From an uncultured Candidatus Binatia bacterium (lineage in GTDB: Bacteria > Desulfobacterota > Binatia > UBA9968 > JAJDTQ01): 64,000 bases of DNA. This document shows, one piece after another, positions 60,608 through 64,000 of this stretch; within the stretch, counting starts at the first letter, position 1; the number at the start of each line of letters is the position of its first letter. A program made the position numbers and the translations under genes. A model generated the notes under the pieces. It worked only from the letters and a program-made list of their open reading frames with translations, was not told where the DNA came from and searched no databases. The stretch covers positions 1,952,001-2,016,000 of the forward strand of contig OZ244070.1 of NCBI GenBank assembly GCA_965215605.1, read 5' to 3'.

Positions 60608-60623
60608 GGCGGCTCCTCCTGCT

Positions 60624-62084
60624 CTATTCGGCCCGGTTCAGCGTTACCGAGACGTCGCCCTTGGTCACCCGCACGTGCGCCAAGTCGGATTTCCTGGCCA
60701 GTTGCTCCACCAGCGCCACCATCGGCGGGGTGGTGCTCACGTAGGCCTGAGGCGGCGCGGCCGCGCGCATCTGGGCGATCTCGTCTTCGCTCAGCAGCCA
60801 GCGCAGCAGCAGCTCTTCGTCCGAGACACCGTCGCCGCCCAGGCGGGCGCGCATTTCGGAGAGGGGCGTCTCCTCCGGCTCCTGCGCCGCGATCTCCCGG
60901 GCCCGGGGCCGGTCCAGGATCTTGTCCTTGACGTTGGGGTCCATGAGCCGGCCGCCTTCCTCTCCGGCCCGCCCCAAGGCGTAGCGGATCACCTGGTCGG
61001 TGACCTCCTTGTAGCGGTCGCCCACGATGACGTTGAGCGCCGCCTGGCTGCCCACGAACTGGGACAGCGGCGTCACCATGATGGGATAGCCGAACTCGGC
61101 GCGGACCTGGATGGACTCTTGCAGGGCCTGAGGGAAGCGGTCTCCGAGGCGGACCTTGTCGAGCTGGTGCTGCAGGTTGGACAGCATGCCGCCGGGCACC
61201 TGGTGCTGGTACTGGGCGTAGTCGTACTCCACCGGCTTGCCGATGGGGAAGCCCTCGCGCCGGGCGATGGTCATGAAATGCTCGGAAACGGGTTCCAGCA
61301 CCGACTCGTCCACGAGCGGGTTGTAGCCCAGCGCCCGGGCGTTCCGGGCGACGTTGAAGACGTTGGGATTGGAGGAGCTGTCCGCCAGCGGCGGCACCGC
61401 GGTGTTGACGCTCCGGATCCCCAGGTCCATGGCCTCCAGGCAGCACAGCGGCCCCAAACCGGTGGTGCAGTGGGTGTGCAGCTCGATGGGGATGCCGTTG
61501 CAGTTCTCGAACATCACCGGCACCAGCGTGCGCATGCGCTCGGGCGTCAGCAGGCCGCCGGGATCCTTGAGGCAGATGAGCGGCACGTCCAGCGAGGCCG
61601 CTTCGCGGGTCTTTCGGGCGAAGTACTCGTCGTTGTGCTTGGGCGACACCGAGTAGATCATGTTGATGATGGGCTTGATGCCCACTTCCCGCGACACCTG
61701 CACCTTGCGCGTCCACCCCGCCAGGTCGTTCCACTCCTCGGAGATGCGCGCCTCCCGGATGCCGTTGGCGGCCATGCGCTCCATGAACAGCCGGTACATG
61801 CACAGCGGGTTGAACTCGAAGGTGTTGACCCGCCCGGCGATGACCCGGAGCGGCGTCTCCGTGATTCGCTGCGCCACCAGCCGCACCCGCTCCCAGGGGT
61901 CCTCCTTCAGCTCCCGCACGCATTTCTTGAGGTGCGACCCGGAGATCAGCTCCATGGCCTCGAACCCCGCCCGGTCCATCTGCTCGGCCACGGAAAGCAT
62001 CATGCCCGTGGTCATGTTCTCCGCCCACAGGCTCTGGTGCCCGTCGCGCAGGGTGGTGTCGACGAAGGTGATGTCCTTGCTCAT
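60624..62084 (-). CDS. Pyruvate/oxaloacetate carboxyltransferase (OadA/PycB-like) without a biotinyl domain
   Basis: '[12 protein letters not shown]', 'LKDPGG', 'LHTH', 'HQVPGGM', '[11 protein letters not shown]'; no MK biotin site. Confidence 0.85.
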   Translation of the reverse strand: MSKDITFVDTTLRDGHQSLWAENMTTGMMLSVAEQMDRAGFEAMELISGSHLKKCVRELKEDPWERVRLVAQRITETPLRVIAGRVNTFEFNPLCMYRLFMERMAANGIREARISEEWNDLAGWTRKVQVSREVGIKPIINMIYSVSPKHNDEYFARKTREAASLDVPLICLKDPGGLLTPERMRTLVPVMFENCNGIPIELHTHCTTGLGPLCCLEAMDLGIRSVNTAVPPLADSSSNPNVFNVARNARALGYNPLVDESVLEPVSEHFMTIARREGFPIGKPVEYDYAQYQHQVPGGMLSNLQHQLDKVRLGDRFPQALQESIQVRAEFGYPIMVTPLSQFVGSQAALNVIVGDRYKEVTDQVIRYALGRAGEEGGRLMDPNVKDKILDRPRAREIAAQEPEETPLSEMRARLGGDGVSDEELLLRWLLSEDEIAQMRAAAPPQAYVSTTPPMVALVEQLARKSDLAHVRVTKGDVSVTLNRAE

Positions 62085-62174
62085 GTGGTCCTCCAAACCT
62101 GCACCTGAACTTATTGCGGCGACGGGTAAATCTCAACCGCTCCGACTGTGGAGTGGGTTGCCGAGTCGGCTGTT

Positions 62175-62513
62175 CTATGGCTTCGCGGGGCGGGCTTCGT
62201 TGTCGAGCGTGGCAATGCCGGTCAACGTAATCGGAGGACGGTCAGGGAATTCCGCCACAAGGCTTAGCTTGCCACCCATTGCTTCAACGTAGCCGCTGAG
62301 CGTGGATATCAGCAGGTCGCTGCGTTTCTCGATTCGCGACACGTTTTCCTGCTTGATTCCGAGTTCCTTGGCCACGTGCACTTGTGTCTTCTTGCGCGCC
62401 TTACGCAGGGCTTGTAAGGACATTTCCTCTGCGATCAGTATCTTCGCCCGCTCTTCTACTTTCTTCCGGCGTGCCTTCGGCAGCTTCTCAATTCTCTCCG
62501 CGAGGGTCGTCAT
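62175..62513 (-). CDS. XRE-HTH antitoxin (HigA-like)
   Basis: 'LRKARKKTQVHVAKELGIKQENVSRIEKRSDLLISTL..YVEAMGG'. Confidence 0.88.
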   Translation of the reverse strand: MTTLAERIEKLPKARRKKVEERAKILIAEEMSLQALRKARKKTQVHVAKELGIKQENVSRIEKRSDLLISTLSGYVEAMGGKLSLVAEFPDRPPITLTGIATLDNEARPAKP

Positions 62514-62581
62514 AATATAATCTTTCAATATATGGCTGGGTTTAGAGCCCTATTGTCCCAGTGTTCACTACGCCAGTTTTG

Positions 62582-62954
62582 TCATCGCGACCTCCTTCCC
62601 TGCGCTAACCGGTCCAAATGCGCGTCGAACCTCTCGTCAGCCTTCTTGATCAGCGCCCTATAAAAGCGTCTTGCGTTCACGCCCGACCTGCTTGTCACCC
62701 GCCACGAGGACAATCGCTTGCCGCCGCGGATCAAACGCGAAAGCGACTCGCCAAACTCCGTCATCGGCTTGAAAGCGCAACTCCTTCATGTTGGTGTGGC
62801 GTGATCCCTTCAGAGCGTCCACCTGGGGGCGACCCAGCGTCGGCCCAAACGCTTCCAGACGCCTCGCTTGTGCGAGCAGTTCATCCTGTACGGAGTTGGC
62901 CAAGGAATCGAATTCCGGGTCGAATGCAGGATCGAATTCGACTTTCCAAGCCAT
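62582..62954 (-). pseudogene. Frameshifted RelE/HigB (Gp49-like) toxin
   Basis: 'GPTLGRP', 'NMKELR', 'AFDPRRQAIVLVAGDK'; the natural continuation 'SG...FY..LIKKADERF' is shifted by 4 extra nt at 62687-62690. Confidence 0.82.
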
Positions 62955-62959
62955 GTTGA

Positions 62960-62988
62960 ATTATGCCGCAGGAGGCATATGCTGTCAA
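62960..62988 (-). promoter_or_regulatory. Sigma70 promoter and operator of the higBA-like operon
   Basis: TTGACA-17 nt-CATAAT on the minus strand; inverted repeat TATGCC-N6-GGCATA overlaps it. Confidence 0.75.
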
Positions 62989-63012
62989 GGTCATATTATG
63001 GGCCTGTGTCTC

Positions 63013-64000
63013 TCAGTCGAGCCCGTAGAACCGGCGCGGATTGTCGCAGAGGATCTTCTCCACCACCTGCGGGGGGACGTTCTCCTTGCGCCGCATCACC
63101 GCCACCATGCCGTCCTCCCGGGACTGGTCCTGGTGGCCGTAGTCGGATCCCATGATGATGTGGTCCTCGCCGATGTGGGTGAGCAGGTAGGGCAGGTCCT
63201 CGTCGGCTTCCGCGGCGACGTAGAGCCGGTAGTCCCGGAACAGGCCGGGTCCCCAGTCGAGGTTCGCGTCGGCGTCGCCGCCGGCGTTGAGGCGGGCGCC
63301 GCTGGCCCGTTGCAGGTGGTGCAGCACGTAGGGCACCCAGGAGGCGGAGGCCTCGATGAAGCCGAAGCGTAACGCCGGGAAACGCTCCGGGATCTTGTGG
63401 GCCACGAGGTCGCGGAAGGCGAACAGCGGCAGCGAGCGTACATGGGGCAGGTTGTGGCTGAAGTTCCGGTCGAACACCTTGGTGATCTCCGGGGCGCCGG
63501 CGCCGGTATGGATGCAGATGGCCATGTCCAGCCGGTTGGCCGCCTCGTACACGGGGAAGAAGTACGATTCCGCCAGCGAGCGGTCGCCCTCGACGCCGCG
63601 GAAGAACACCCCCACCGCGCCGTGGTCCCGTGCCGTCTCGATCTCCCGCACCGAGGCGTCCATGTCCCTGAGCGGCGGCACCACCACCCAGCGCAGCCGG
63701 TCCCCGGCCGTCTTCCAGGCCTCCGCGAGATAGCGGTTGTAGGCTTGGCAGATGGCCACCTCGAGGGCTACGTCCACCTCCAGGTAGCCCAGCAGCAGGG
63801 TAGGGTACACCACCTCCGCATCCACCCCGCGCTTGTCCATGTCCCGCACCCGCTCCACCGGATCGGTGACATACCGCACCGCCGCCGCGATGTCCGTCCG
63901 GGCATTCTCTCTGTCCGAGCCGCCCACCGCCACCAGCGCACTCCCTTTGCCGAAGCGCTTCGGCACCGCCGTGCCGTCGATGAGCCAGACTTGGTTGTTC
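63013..64000 (-). CDS. Amidohydrolase_2 family protein (5' end outside the window)
   Basis: 'EVVYPT', 'ICIHTG', 'FIEASASW', 'MGSDYGH', 'DNPRRFY'. Confidence 0.85.
   Translation of the reverse strand, partial: NNQVWLIDGTAVPKRFGKGSALVAVGGSDRENARTDIAAAVRYVTDPVERVRDMDKRGVDAEVVYPTLLLGYLEVDVALEVAICQAYNRYLAEAWKTAGDRLRWVVVPPLRDMDASVREIETARDHGAVGVFFRGVEGDRSLAESYFFPVYEAANRLDMAICIHTGAGAPEITKVFDRNFSHNLPHVRSLPLFAFRDLVAHKIPERFPALRFGFIEASASWVPYVLHHLQRASGARLNAGGDADANLDWGPGLFRDYRLYVAAEADEDLPYLLTHIGEDHIIMGSDYGHQDQSREDGMVAVMRRKENVPPQVVEKILCDNPRRFYGLD

Noticed and set aside
12210-62136. Many long antisense or alternate-frame ORFs (e.g. 12210-14435, 34494-36680, 52305-53858, 60600-62108)
   Set aside because: Shadow ORFs expected from high-GC codon bias opposite well-supported genes; no family motifs

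Overview
High-GC bacterial chromosomal window. The many amidohydrolases, the Bug/TctC protein and the acyl-CoA enzymes suggest a Binatia/'Deltaproteobacteria'-like organism, but this is inference only. Bases 1-8.3 kb hold a type I-E CRISPR-Cas locus (cse1 3' end, cse2, cas7, cas5, cas6e, cas1, cas2, leader with a perfect IHF site, 22 repeats and 21 spacers). Its 13th repeat is split by an intact IS21 element with a 5-bp target duplication, and a DEDDy/YprB-like exonuclease gene follows the array directly. Next come catalase, a Phd-PIN TA pair, a CopA-type ATPase, a catabolic cluster (hydrolases, amidohydrolases, aldolase, nitroreductase, AccB/AccC, TctC), glycerate kinase, selA-selB-selD (SelD has an in-frame UGA for selenocysteine), an MFS transporter, an orphan ParA and acyl-CoA enzymes. 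These are followed by a truncated Fpg, trmJ, DsbA, arsR-aquaporin-arsC, Pho boxes with pstSCAB, vapBC, an amidase, pgi (apparent ATC start), an OadA-like carboxyltransferase and a frameshifted higB-higA pair. The best candidate for an undescribed system is a visibly lower-GC three-gene cassette at 57159-58944: a STAS-GHKL ATPase/kinase, a stand-alone STAS-like (DUF4325-type) protein and a PIN nuclease. This looks like a partner-switch-controlled toxin or defence module. All family calls come from motif recognition by eye; no database searches were run.
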